Both the position numbers and the translations under genes were made by a program. From Bdellovibrionota bacterium (GTDB taxonomy: Bacteria; Bdellovibrionota_G; JALEGL01; DATDPG01), in contig OY764265.1 of NCBI GenBank assembly GCA_963668355.1, forward strand, positions 1,312,001 through 1,376,000: a stretch of 64,000 nucleotides of DNA. Reading direction: 5' to 3'. The notes under the pieces are model-generated. The model saw nothing but the letters and a program-made list of their open reading frames with translations, was not told the origin of the DNA and searched no databases. Shown piece by piece: positions 37,951 to 47,917 of the stretch (the stretch's first letter is position 1; each line of letters starts with the position of its first letter).

Positions 37951-39729
37951 TTAGTCTTGAAGTAGTAAATCTGGGATGGAAGGAATGTTGATCCAAGGCA
38001 GGTTGGATTCTTGTGCCAATTTTTCCAGCTCCTCTTTTTTATCCTTCGAAGCAGAGGGGATGCAAATCACAATTTTATGGATTTGATGTTCGGCGGCCAT
38101 TTTTTGTAAGTTCTGTGTGGAGCCAATCACAGGAATTCCCAGAATCTTTTGATTCCATTTTTCTTTGTCGTCGTCCAGAAGGGCGACGGGTCTCAGTCCC
38201 CAATCCCTGTGTTTTCGAATATCTCTCAAAAGGTTTCTTGAGGCGTCTCCTGCGCCGACGACGAGGATACGAATGCCTTCTTCTGGAAACGCCAAAACAG
38301 ATTCGCGAAAGGTTCTCAATAGGGCTCTGGCGCCCGTCATAAAAATAAAAAGCAGAATGAAATCGATGGCGAAAAGCGTTCGGGAAAAACCCTCAAATCG
38401 ATTGACTGCAATGATGGCCGCAATGGTGGCGAGAGAGGCGTACATCGAACTTCGAAACAGCCGAACAGAGTTGTCAAAATCAATGTACGTCCATATGCCT
38501 CGGTATGTACCAGAAACCACAAGCATGATGAGCTTGATTCCCATGACCATCGGAAGGGTTCCTGCCAATAGGTTCAAATTATATGTGTCCAACGTCCAAT
38601 CGTAGCGAAGCATATAGGCTAATGAGTAGCTGGTGCCGATCAATAAGGTGTCAATGGTAATTTCAACAAAACGTCTTTTGGAGTAGAAGAACAATGACCG
38701 AAAGCGTTTCTGTTTGGGGTTGTTTGTTGGAACACGATAAACGGAAACATCCGTTAAAAGCATTCCAATTGTGAGAATTAAAACCAATCCTCCACAAATC
38801 AAAAGAGCTGAAGTTTGAAAATTATAAAACCGCGCCACGATGGCCACCAAACCCAAGAAAATCGATAGACCCCATAAAATCCACACCGTGTGTTGCTCCC
38901 CGAAACCCAGCGCAACCAGTCTGTGGGAGGTGTGATCTTTTCCGCCTTCGGCCACTTTTCGACCATGAAACTTTCTTTGGAGCGTGACAAAGGTTGTGTC
39001 AAAGATGGGAACCGCAAGGATCAGGGCTGGAGTTACCAAAAGAATGAAAAGGTTGCTTGCGCTTTTCCATGTATCCAAAATGGTTAAACAGGCCAGTGTG
39101 AATCCCATCCACTGTGCGCCGCAATCTCCCATGAATACGCGAGCTGGGTGGACATTGAAAAGTAAAAAGCCGGCAATGCTTCCAGCGAAAACGCCGATCA
39201 GTTCATGAGGAATGGGCAGAGAAGAATGCGAAAATAAAAACCCAAGCGTGATCGTCGAAATCAGTGCAATTCCTCCCGCCAATCCGTCCATATTGTCGAG
39301 AAGGTTGAATGCGTTGGTGATGCCCACAATCCAGAGCAACGTTAGAGGAATGTATATGAGGGGATGGCCCGAAAACGTGAGGTGAACGCCCAGGAGCACC
39401 ATCAGACAAGCCATACCGATTTGTCCGACCAGTTTAATATAAGGGGGGAGCGGACGGATATCGTCGATCAGTCCCAGAAGAAAAATAACACTGCCTCCCA
39501 AAAAGACTCTTCCCATATTGGAAAACGTATGAATTCCAAAAGCAAAAAAGGAAATTGCGAAGGCGAGAAAGATCGCAACCCCGCCAAAGGAAGGAGTTGC
39601 TCTTGTATGCCAACGGTCTCCTGTGGGTTTTTGCATCAACCATCGAAACGTATCTCCGGAGGCCACGATGACCCGTGTCGCAATGGCAGAAAAAAGGAAT
39701 GTAATGAAGAAAGGATAAACGAAGTTCAT
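37951..39729 (-). CDS. WecA/TagO-like polyprenyl-P HexNAc-1-P transferase fused to a TM + Rossmann (CoA_binding_3-like) module
   Basis: GLIDD, NAFNLLDNMDGLAGG, FMGDCGA, HTSHRL; C-terminal 4 TM then ILVVGAGDA...LLDDD...LGIPVIG...ICIPS. Confidence 0.85.
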   Translation of the reverse strand: MNFVYPFFITFLFSAIATRVIVASGDTFRWLMQKPTGDRWHTRATPSFGGVAIFLAFAISFFAFGIHTFSNMGRVFLGGSVIFLLGLIDDIRPLPPYIKLVGQIGMACLMVLLGVHLTFSGHPLIYIPLTLLWIVGITNAFNLLDNMDGLAGGIALISTITLGFLFSHSSLPIPHELIGVFAGSIAGFLLFNVHPARVFMGDCGAQWMGFTLACLTILDTWKSASNLFILLVTPALILAVPIFDTTFVTLQRKFHGRKVAEGGKDHTSHRLVALGFGEQHTVWILWGLSIFLGLVAIVARFYNFQTSALLICGGLVLILTIGMLLTDVSVYRVPTNNPKQKRFRSLFFYSKRRFVEITIDTLLIGTSYSLAYMLRYDWTLDTYNLNLLAGTLPMVMGIKLIMLVVSGTYRGIWTYIDFDNSVRLFRSSMYASLATIAAIIAVNRFEGFSRTLFAIDFILLFIFMTGARALLRTFRESVLAFPEEGIRILVVGAGDASRNLLRDIRKHRDWGLRPVALLDDDKEKWNQKILGIPVIGSTQNLQKMAAEHQIHKIVICIPSASKDKKEELEKLAQESNLPWINIPSIPDLLLQD

Positions 39730-39751
39730 TTAAACCTTCCCACGAAATGGC

Positions 39752-40726
39752 CTAGACAAAAGAAGGGTCTTTGCGGAAAGAATCGATGACTCGATCCACG
39801 ATTTCATGGAGGCCCACGGTGGGTTCGTAGCCGATGGCCTTTTTGATTTTTGAAATGTCTGGCATACGTTGGGGCATGTCCTCGAATCCGGGCTCGTATG
39901 CTTCTTCATAGGGAACAAAAACGATCTCGGAATTCGATTGTGTTTTTTCTTTCACCATTTTGGCCAAGTCCAAGATCGTGATTTCTTCGTTTCCCCCTAT
40001 ATTGAATACCTCACCATAGGAGCTTGGGTGGTTTACAAGCTTTGAAAGGGCCTGAACAACATCTGTGACGTAGGTAAAGGTGCGGCTTTGTGTGCCATCT
40101 CCGTAGACGGTGATTTCCTTTCCCGTCAAAGCTTGCTTCACGAAGGTCGGTAAGACCATTCCATACCGAGATGTTTGTCGCGGTCCCACGGTGTTGAATA
40201 GACGAACAAGGCTTACCTTCAATTTGGTTCTTCGGTGGTAAGCAATGGCCAAAAATTCATCAATGGCTTTGGAACAAGCATAGCTCCAGCGAGCATGAGT
40301 CGTTGGGCCGAAGACCATGTCATCATTTTCTTTGAAGGGAGATTTAGAGTTTTTTCCATACACCTCTGAAGTTGAGGTGATGAGGATCGGTTTTCGCCAT
40401 TTATTGGCCAAACCGAGAATGATTTCTGTTCCTGCGATATTGTTTTCAATGGTTCGAACGGGTTCCTGCACAATCAACTTGACTCCGACCGAGGCGGCCA
40501 AGTGGTACACAAGATCGGATTCTTTCACGAGGGGTTCGATCGTGGGTTTGTGAAGGGAGGATTCCACGATGGTTTTGAATTTGGGGTTGGTCTTCAGATG
40601 TTCGATGTTTTGAATCGAACCCGTGGAAAGATCATCAATGATGGTGACATGGTGATCTTGTTTGAGAAGGTGTTCCGCCAAATGGGATCCAATGAAACCA
40701 GCACCGCCAGTAATAAGTACATTCAT
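39752..40726 (-). CDS. NAD-dependent nucleotide-sugar epimerase/dehydratase/decarboxylase (extended SDR)
   Basis: GGAGFIG, STSEVYG, RWSYACSK (YxxxK), RLFNTVGPRQ. Confidence 0.92.
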   Translation of the reverse strand: MNVLITGGAGFIGSHLAEHLLKQDHHVTIIDDLSTGSIQNIEHLKTNPKFKTIVESSLHKPTIEPLVKESDLVYHLAASVGVKLIVQEPVRTIENNIAGTEIILGLANKWRKPILITSTSEVYGKNSKSPFKENDDMVFGPTTHARWSYACSKAIDEFLAIAYHRRTKLKVSLVRLFNTVGPRQTSRYGMVLPTFVKQALTGKEITVYGDGTQSRTFTYVTDVVQALSKLVNHPSSYGEVFNIGGNEEITILDLAKMVKEKTQSNSEIVFVPYEEAYEPGFEDMPQRMPDISKIKKAIGYEPTVGLHEIVDRVIDSFRKDPSFV

Positions 40727-40801
40727 AGCGTAAACACTTTACCACTCTGTTTGCTCTCACGACATATTTTGGTCCGAGGAATTTTTTTGGGCAGGAGGAA
40801 A

Positions 40802-41905
40802 TTATTTTCCAGAAAGCGCGCGACGCAACGTGACAATTACATGTTCTTGTTCTTCGGATTTAAGGGCCGCATACATGGGTAATAGAATGATTTCTTGGTG
40901 TACCTGCTCCGTTTTGGGAAGGCGGGGGGGATGAAGTAAATGTTCGATATAGGGATGCGTATGAGCGGGAAGAGGGCCGGAGCTTGTTTCAATTCCATTG
41001 GCCAGTAAGTTTTCCATGATGATGTCTCGGTGTTTGGCCGAGACCCGAATGGGATAACTCTGATAATTCCATTCGCGATCCGCAGGTTCGGGAACCAGTT
41101 GAAGATCTAAAGGACTTAGTTCTTGGCGGTAGCGGTCTGCCAAGCTTTTTCGTCTCGCTTTGGCTTCATCCAATCGATCCAATGCCCATAAGCCGATGGC
41201 AGCTTGAAATTCACTCATTCGATAATTATGCCCCACCCGTTCAGATGGAAGTTTTTTCCCAGAAGGACGGCCGTGGTTTCCGATGGATCGAACCCGATCC
41301 GCAAGCCCTTCATCGTCTGTAAGCACCATTCCACCTTCACCCGTGGATAAAAGTTTGCGTGGATGAAAGCTCAGTAATCCGGCCAGGCCAAAGGTTCCGA
41401 CAGCTTTCTCTTGGAAGAAAGAACCCAAACCACATGCAGCGTCTTCAATGAGAACAAGATTCTTTTTTCGACACAACTCTGCAAACTCTTGTCCGTTGGC
41501 GGGGATGCCAAACTGATGAACCAGCACAATCCCCTTGGTTTTTGAATTCACTTTGCTTTCGACCTCATCAAAATTGAGGTTGAAGGAGTCCAAATCGATA
41601 TCTGCAAATACCGGAGTGGTCTTTCGAGCGAGAATGGGATTCACGGTTGCAATGAATGTGTACGAGGGGCAAATGACTTCGGAGTGTGCGTCAAACCCGG
41701 CGGCTTCACACAAGGCTTCCAAGGCGGATGTTCCCGAGTTGGTGGCAACGGCATAAATGGATCCGGAAATTTCGGCCACGCGTTGCTCGAAAGCGGTCGC
41801 AAACTCTCCCTCTGACCATCTTCCAGATGTGAGAATTTCTCGAAGGGTTTCCAAAAGCGCCGTAGGGCTTTCGGGATGATCAGGTCTGGCGAGAGGTACT
41901 TTCAT
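40802..41905 (-). CDS. DegT/DnrJ/EryC1/StrS PLP sugar aminotransferase
   Basis: NSGTSAL, EDAACGLG, SFHPRK..STGEGGM, GHNYRM. Confidence 0.93.
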   Translation of the reverse strand: MKVPLARPDHPESPTALLETLREILTSGRWSEGEFATAFEQRVAEISGSIYAVATNSGTSALEALCEAAGFDAHSEVICPSYTFIATVNPILARKTTPVFADIDLDSFNLNFDEVESKVNSKTKGIVLVHQFGIPANGQEFAELCRKKNLVLIEDAACGLGSFFQEKAVGTFGLAGLLSFHPRKLLSTGEGGMVLTDDEGLADRVRSIGNHGRPSGKKLPSERVGHNYRMSEFQAAIGLWALDRLDEAKARRKSLADRYRQELSPLDLQLVPEPADREWNYQSYPIRVSAKHRDIIMENLLANGIETSSGPLPAHTHPYIEHLLHPPRLPKTEQVHQEIILLPMYAALKSEEQEHVIVTLRRALSGK

Positions 41906-41923
41906 TTCAACAACCGCAATATC

Positions 41924-44491
41924 CTACTCATTTCGGGGTGATTCCACAAAAACTTCTACAGGGCCTAACTTATATCTACCCTCTTTTTCCAAAGGAGTGA
42001 AGCCGATGCCCGAAATCATAAATGAGGAGGAATCAAAATCACGCTTCTTTTTCCAAAGGTCCGGGAACGTAAATAGCCACTTGTCACCCCCCAGAGAAAT
42101 GGGCACAGAGGGAGAAACATGAAGCTTGCCCCCAATCTCCAAAAGGAATTGTTTTTGTAGAGGATGTCGGGTTTCGATCTGCATTTCAATGTGAAGACCA
42201 GGTTGGGAAATGGGTAGCTGAACGGGCAAGAGGAGTGCGTCAATGGTTGGGGCTGACTGTTTCACATTGATTTCGATGGTTTCAGGGACTAGGAGAGAAC
42301 CCTTTGTCGAGAGATATTTGAGGTTTCGTTGGGTCTGAGCGTTATTGGCTTTGAATCGTGGAGAAGCAAGGCCTTCATCCAGGCGGACGCGTATGGGAGA
42401 TTGGCTTTTCGGCCGAAGGCGTTCCAAGTATGCCAAAAATGTGGGTAAGTCGGTGTGGATATGGCTCATGGTCTGTGCGATGTCTTCAAGTCGCATATTT
42501 TGTTTTCGATATCTGAGAATCGAGACGAGAGATTGGTTCCAGAGGTCAGAGGAAACCTTGTTTTGATGAGCCAGTAACCACGATTCTTTGATGGGTGTGG
42601 ACGGATTCAAAGCTCCCAGAGCTTCGATGAGCGGGATTCGAAAATCTCGGGCGCTGATGCTTCGAGCCCTTCGTAAATAGTGCTCATATTCTTTTTCTTT
42701 TCGATGCAAAAAAGCCGTTTGCGCCAAGTACAATAAAATGCGCAGTTTTTCTTTTGGATAGATGGAGCCAGGGCTGTTGATGATATTTTCACAAACTTGA
42801 TTCCCGTAGTTCGAATCCAGTCCGGAGATGAAGATCCGGCACATTCGAACTCTCTGGTATAGGTTGAATCGATCGAGCAAAATGGCCTGCTCCGTGGCTC
42901 GTTGAGCCCGATACGTCTCCCCTAGTGAAGCTGCGTTCCAGGCAAATTCATACAAGGCCTCGGCGTTCAATGGGTTTTTCGCAACGGCTTGCTCCATATT
43001 CGCGAGGCTAAGAAGGTGATGTGCGTGTAGATCGGTGTTCGAGGTGTTGGGAGGAGGAGTTTCGGGTATTGCAAGGGTCTTTGGTTTTGCGGGGTGCAGA
43101 GCCAACACTAACCCTACGACTGTTCCCGCAAAGGTCATTCCAATCAAACTCCATCGAATGGTGGGAGTGGCAACCACGGAGCGGCGTTGCGTGGAGAGGG
43201 TTCCCGCCAAAAGAATGGCAAAAAGGATCTGATGAGCGGGCAAGGGAGTGTTGAACACAAAAACGGAATCCACTCCTAAGGCCACCAGCCCTAAAGCAAA
43301 ACCCTTTCGTGTAAAGGATTCTTCCGGATTGTTTAAAATAACGAAAATACGCCTCAGCAAAAGGAAGAGGAGGAGTCCGAAGAGGAGAAATGTAACGATT
43401 CCTCCTGAAACCAGGACTTCTAGAAAATCATTCTCTACATGTTCTGGGTGAAGCCAGACATGATCGTCCATCAGAATGCGAGAAGCGGTCGCAAAGCCTC
43501 CAAAACCGATTCCCAATGTCGGCGTTTGTTGCCAAAGCTCAAGGGCATACTTCCAAAAAACCGGTCGGAACTCGTCTCCCGTTATGAGTTCTGTGGGCGT
43601 AGAAATGAGACGAGAAAAAATGGTGGCATGCCAAAGAAAGGCAGCTAGCAGGACAATGATGAAAACGGGCAAGGTATAACTCAGGGCTTGTCGGGAAAAA
43701 AGACCCACCCGGGAAAGAAACCAAAAATGAAGGATTAAAATGATTCCCATCGAAAGCAAAGCGGCGCGAGAACCGGTAAAAACCAAGCCCAGGGCAGTAA
43801 AACCAAGCACTATGGTTAAAATAACTCGGTTGGATGGACCTGTGGGACGGGCCAATAGGCCCAAGCCAAGCGCGAGTAAAACGGCGAAGAGGCATCCGGC
43901 GTGGTTCGTGCTGATATAGGGGCCAAAAAAGGTCCAACCCTGCTCCCAGATCCAGAACATTTTTGTGCTTCCGGAAAATCTGTGAATCAATCCAAACAGA
44001 GCTAAAAGAGCCCCCAAAAAACACAAAATGAATGCCACCTTTCTTCTTCTCTTTCGATCACGAAAGAGAAGCAAGGCGCTAATGAAAATGACGGACGATG
44101 CGAAAAACTGTGAAATAAATGTCCAATTTCCTTGGGGAGACAGCGTGATGGGATAGTTTTGAGCTTCGGCCGATAATTTTAAAGCATCCAGTGTGTCGAA
44201 GGTTAAGTGGCTGGCCAGAGGACTAAAAAACTGAAGGATCGACTGAGGAAGGGGAATCAATTGAACCCATCCGATGATCCAAAACAAGAACACGGTTCCG
44301 GCAATCAGGTTTTGTTTCTTGAATTTTTTATCGGGTTCAACGCCTCCTAACAGCCAAATGCATATCAGGGAAATCAGCGAGGCAAAGAAGAGATGGAATC
44401 GTTCATAATTGGGAGCCACACCTCCAAAAAACAAGGTTGCACCCAACCAAAGTGAAAGCAAAAGGTACATGGATAGATTACGTTGGTTCAT
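41924..44491 (-). CDS. O-antigen ligase/Wzy_C-like membrane protein with C-terminal TPR and extra domain
   Basis: About 12 TMs; FFGPYISTNH, GSRAA, FRPVFW, GIGFGGF, HVENDFLE; then TPR-like helices and a beta-rich C-terminus; 855 aa. Confidence 0.8.
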   Translation of the reverse strand: MNQRNLSMYLLLSLWLGATLFFGGVAPNYERFHLFFASLISLICIWLLGGVEPDKKFKKQNLIAGTVFLFWIIGWVQLIPLPQSILQFFSPLASHLTFDTLDALKLSAEAQNYPITLSPQGNWTFISQFFASSVIFISALLLFRDRKRRRKVAFILCFLGALLALFGLIHRFSGSTKMFWIWEQGWTFFGPYISTNHAGCLFAVLLALGLGLLARPTGPSNRVILTIVLGFTALGLVFTGSRAALLSMGIILILHFWFLSRVGLFSRQALSYTLPVFIIVLLAAFLWHATIFSRLISTPTELITGDEFRPVFWKYALELWQQTPTLGIGFGGFATASRILMDDHVWLHPEHVENDFLEVLVSGGIVTFLLFGLLLFLLLRRIFVILNNPEESFTRKGFALGLVALGVDSVFVFNTPLPAHQILFAILLAGTLSTQRRSVVATPTIRWSLIGMTFAGTVVGLVLALHPAKPKTLAIPETPPPNTSNTDLHAHHLLSLANMEQAVAKNPLNAEALYEFAWNAASLGETYRAQRATEQAILLDRFNLYQRVRMCRIFISGLDSNYGNQVCENIINSPGSIYPKEKLRILLYLAQTAFLHRKEKEYEHYLRRARSISARDFRIPLIEALGALNPSTPIKESWLLAHQNKVSSDLWNQSLVSILRYRKQNMRLEDIAQTMSHIHTDLPTFLAYLERLRPKSQSPIRVRLDEGLASPRFKANNAQTQRNLKYLSTKGSLLVPETIEINVKQSAPTIDALLLPVQLPISQPGLHIEMQIETRHPLQKQFLLEIGGKLHVSPSVPISLGGDKWLFTFPDLWKKKRDFDSSSFMISGIGFTPLEKEGRYKLGPVEVFVESPRNE

Positions 44492-44492
44492 G

Positions 44493-45572
44493 TTATCCGA
44501 ACTTTTCTTTTAAAATCTTCACGATTCGTTCGGATGCTTTCCCATCCCATCGGGCCGGACGACCGTGTTTTTTCCTCTGAGTGTTTAGCGTTTGGGTGAA
44601 ATGTTTAAAAATGACCTGTGGATCATTTCCGACAATTTTATTCGTTCCTTGAGACACGGTGACCCTGCGTTCGGTATTTTCTCTCAGCGTGAGGCAGGGA
44701 ATACCCAGGGCCGTTGTTTCCTCTTGAATCCCTCCCGAATCCGTTAATACAATTTTGGCTTCAGACATGGCTTTTAGGAAGGGTAAGTAGGAGAGGGGCT
44801 GGATCAAATGAAGATTCTTGAAGTCGGTGGGAATGTTCCATCGTTTCAAGCTTTCATGGGTCCTGGGGTGAACGGGAAAAAACAGATCCAGTTCTTTGGC
44901 CATTTGTCCGAATGTTTCAAAGACCTTTTTCAGATGGTTAGCATCATCTACATTGGTGGGGCGATGAAGGGTGATGAGGCCGTAAGGAGATTGGGTGAGT
45001 TGTGGAAGTCGTTTGGTCTTGGGGAGCATTCGATCCAGTGTGTCGATCATCACGTTTCCGACAAAATGGATTTTTTTCTTGGGGACGCCTTCCCTGAGAA
45101 GGTTCTCATCAGCTTCGCGGCTATGTGTGAAAAGAAAATCACTGATGCAGTCGGTAACCACGCGATTGACCTCTTCCGGCATTTTTCGATCAAAACTTCT
45201 CAAACCGGCTTCCACATGGGCCACGGGAATGTGTAGTTTTACTGCGGCTAAAGCGCAAGCCATTGTGGAGTTCACATCCCCCACCACAAGAACTAAAGAA
45301 GGAGTTTCCTTCAATAGAATCGCTTCAAATTTTTCGAGAATATGAGCGCTTTGTTGTCCATGGGTTCCCGATCCGACCCCCAAATTTAGTGCGGGCTCGG
45401 GTATCTCAAGGTCGGCGAAGAATCCTTCTGACATCGCATGATCATAGTGTTGTCCCGTATGAATCAAAATCGGGTAGAGGGATCGAAACTTTCGGATGGC
45501 ACGTAAAATGGGTGCGATTTTTGGAAAATTGGGTCGAGCCCCGGCCACTAAAATGATCTTAATTTTTCCCAT
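44493..45572 (-). CDS. wecB: UDP-GlcNAc 2-epimerase (non-hydrolysing)
   Basis: GARPNF, HTGQHYD, HVEAGLRS, PEEVNR, DSGGIQEE, RENTER. Confidence 0.94.
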   Translation of the reverse strand: MGKIKIILVAGARPNFPKIAPILRAIRKFRSLYPILIHTGQHYDHAMSEGFFADLEIPEPALNLGVGSGTHGQQSAHILEKFEAILLKETPSLVLVVGDVNSTMACALAAVKLHIPVAHVEAGLRSFDRKMPEEVNRVVTDCISDFLFTHSREADENLLREGVPKKKIHFVGNVMIDTLDRMLPKTKRLPQLTQSPYGLITLHRPTNVDDANHLKKVFETFGQMAKELDLFFPVHPRTHESLKRWNIPTDFKNLHLIQPLSYLPFLKAMSEAKIVLTDSGGIQEETTALGIPCLTLRENTERRVTVSQGTNKIVGNDPQVIFKHFTQTLNTQRKKHGRPARWDGKASERIVKILKEKFG

Positions 45573-46731
45573 AGGTCTCTTTTTGAACGGTGTGATCAAT
45601 GGCCATTTTAAACCCTTGTACCGCTCGATCAATCGACCAGGCTTGAATTTTTTTTCGAGCCTCGGCTCCCATTCGAGAGCGTTCGGAGGGATTGGAAAGC
45701 ATCCAGTCGAGTTTATCTTTCAGGTCTTGAGTCGAGGATGGAGAAAATGAAAGACCCGTGGTTCCGGGCTCAACGAGGTCTGGAGAGCAGCCCACGGCAT
45801 CTGAAACGACCGCTGGAAGGGCTGCGGCCATCGCTTCAATGACCACGACGCCCCATGTTTCATGTCGGGAGGGCAATACGAAAAGATCTGCGGCTGCGTA
45901 AAAAGCAGGGAGCTCTTGCGGTTGCTGAAAACCATGAAAAAAAATGGAAGTAGAAGTTGAGGCATAGGCTCGTTTCAAAGAGGTTTCTTGACTCCCTGCG
46001 CCAACGAGGTGCAGGGAAGCGTTCGGGTGCTTGGGGCGTACGGCGTGAAAAGCTTCTAGCAGGACTTCAACGCCTTTCCAGGTTTCCATATTTCCAACGT
46101 AAAGAATGATGGTCCCATCTCCCATTCCTAAATTCTTCCGAACTTTCGTCGGCTCTTCTCTTAGAACCTCGATGTCTCTCTGGAAAGCCGGGACATCAAT
46201 GGTGTTTGGGAAAAAGAAAATGTCGGGGTCTGCAGCTCCGAAGCTTTGGATATACCTCTTAGAGGCACTTCCCATCGTGAGATGGGAGGAGGCTTTGGCG
46301 TAAAAACGCCGAATCGGCCAGGATTTGATCTTCTTCCAAAAGGAGGAACGGGGTTTGTTTAAATGGCTTTCCGTTACGGTGATGTAGGGAAGGTGATTTT
46401 GTAGACAAAATTTTCGAATGCCCCAAAACGCCGGTTGTGCATAACCGCTCACAATACAAATGTCCGGGCGCTGTTCTTTGAGAAATTTCTGAACGCCTTG
46501 ATTGATGAATACGGCATGAGAACCATAGGAAGCCCATTGACGACCCGGAAGAACCGAAGTCTTTTGTTCAAGCGTATCTGATCGAGAAAGCTTCCAGTGG
46601 CGTCCCTTCTGGGTTTGAGAGAGGTATACAAAGCGAATGTCCCAATCCCCTTGAAGGCACAGCTTCTCAAAGACTGCTTGGCGATAAGGAGTCTCAATTT
46701 CAGAAAAAAATAGAATCTTCGGTCGTGACAA
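45559..46731 (-). CDS. Glycosyltransferase family 4
   Basis: PYR near the N-terminus; KG; LPSRHETWGVVVIEAMA. Confidence 0.88.
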   Translation of the reverse strand: MSRPKILFFSEIETPYRQAVFEKLCLQGDWDIRFVYLSQTQKGRHWKLSRSDTLEQKTSVLPGRQWASYGSHAVFINQGVQKFLKEQRPDICIVSGYAQPAFWGIRKFCLQNHLPYITVTESHLNKPRSSFWKKIKSWPIRRFYAKASSHLTMGSASKRYIQSFGAADPDIFFFPNTIDVPAFQRDIEVLREEPTKVRKNLGMGDGTIILYVGNMETWKGVEVLLEAFHAVRPKHPNASLHLVGAGSQETSLKRAYASTSTSIFFHGFQQPQELPAFYAAADLFVLPSRHETWGVVVIEAMAAALPAVVSDAVGCSPDLVEPGTTGLSFSPSSTQDLKDKLDWMLSNPSERSRMGAEARKKIQAWSIDRAVQGFKMAIDHTVQKETYGKN

Positions 46732-46753
46732 AATGCAGTCTATTATAGGAGGC

Positions 46754-47917
46754 GTGAAGCCAGGTGGCGAACAAAAGCATATTCTTTATGTCACTCCCTT
46801 TGATGAGCCGTTTAGTGGAGCGGATGAAAGCCTTCTATTGGCCATTTCCAAGTTAGATCGTGAGCGCTTTCATCCTCATATTCTCATTCCATGTGAGGCG
46901 CCCTATCGCTCGCGCTATGAAGCGCTTGGCGTCACCGTTCATGAGTGGCCCATGTCGCGAATGCGTCGTCGGTACTCTCCCGTTTTCTGGATGCAATTTC
47001 TGCGAAGATTGCGTCACGAGTGGTGTCATCTTCCCTCTCTCATGGATCGGGAAAAGATCGAGATTGTGCATATCAATATGCATGTGGCTCTGGGGCCCCT
47101 CTTAGCCGCGAGGAAAAAAGGTGTTCCATGTGTTGTGAGTTATCGCGCCAAAACGAATGATCGACCCAAGGTCTTCTTTGATGTGTTTTTGCCCTGGTTG
47201 CATCGACACAGTGACGCAATGCTGTGCATAAGTTCGGCCGTGGCAGAGCATTTTTTCAAAAGAGGTTTGAGGAGGGGGGTTCGTGTGCTTCCCAATCCGG
47301 TTGATATTGAACAGCTAAGAAATCAATTGGATTTCAATCCTTATAAAACGCTGCAAACGAAGAACATCCTTCTTTTTGTGGGGCGTTTGGATCCCCAAAA
47401 ACGCGTGGAAGTCTTTTTAAAAGCCTTGAACATTTTGAAAAAGAATGGATGTGATGTGTACGGGGTGGTTGTTGGAACCTCGGCCAATGCTCCGAAAGAT
47501 CAAGCCTATGAAGTCGAATTAAAGCGACTGGCCGAGAAAAGGGAGATTCCAGTTTTATGGGCTTCGGGACAGAAAGAGGTGGCTCCGTATATGCGTCATG
47601 CGAAGGTTTTGGTTCTTCCTTCCGTAAACGAAGGCTTTGGACGGGTGTTGATTGAAGCGATGGCGTTGGGCCTGCCCGTTGTGGGAGCGGATTCGGGTGC
47701 AATCCCAGAAGTCTTGCAGCATGGGACGTATGGTCGTCTTTTTCTTCCAGATCAGGAGGCGCGCTTGGCGGAGGAAATTCTTTCGAGTTTGGAGGACCCA
47801 GAGCGAGAAGAGAAACTCAAGGAAGCTCAAGAACATGCGCTCAAAAACTTTTCAGCCGAAGAATACTCCGTCAAACTAGTGGAGGTATATGAACAGCTCC
47901 TTGCAAAATCTATCTAA
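46754..47917 (+). CDS. Glycosyltransferase family 4
   Basis: SGADESL, VGRLDPQK, PSVNEGFGRVLIEAMA. Start either GTG 46754 or ATG 46733. Confidence 0.88.
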   Translation: MKPGGEQKHILYVTPFDEPFSGADESLLLAISKLDRERFHPHILIPCEAPYRSRYEALGVTVHEWPMSRMRRRYSPVFWMQFLRRLRHEWCHLPSLMDREKIEIVHINMHVALGPLLAARKKGVPCVVSYRAKTNDRPKVFFDVFLPWLHRHSDAMLCISSAVAEHFFKRGLRRGVRVLPNPVDIEQLRNQLDFNPYKTLQTKNILLFVGRLDPQKRVEVFLKALNILKKNGCDVYGVVVGTSANAPKDQAYEVELKRLAEKREIPVLWASGQKEVAPYMRHAKVLVLPSVNEGFGRVLIEAMALGLPVVGADSGAIPEVLQHGTYGRLFLPDQEARLAEEILSSLEDPEREEKLKEAQEHALKNFSAEEYSVKLVEVYEQLLAKSI

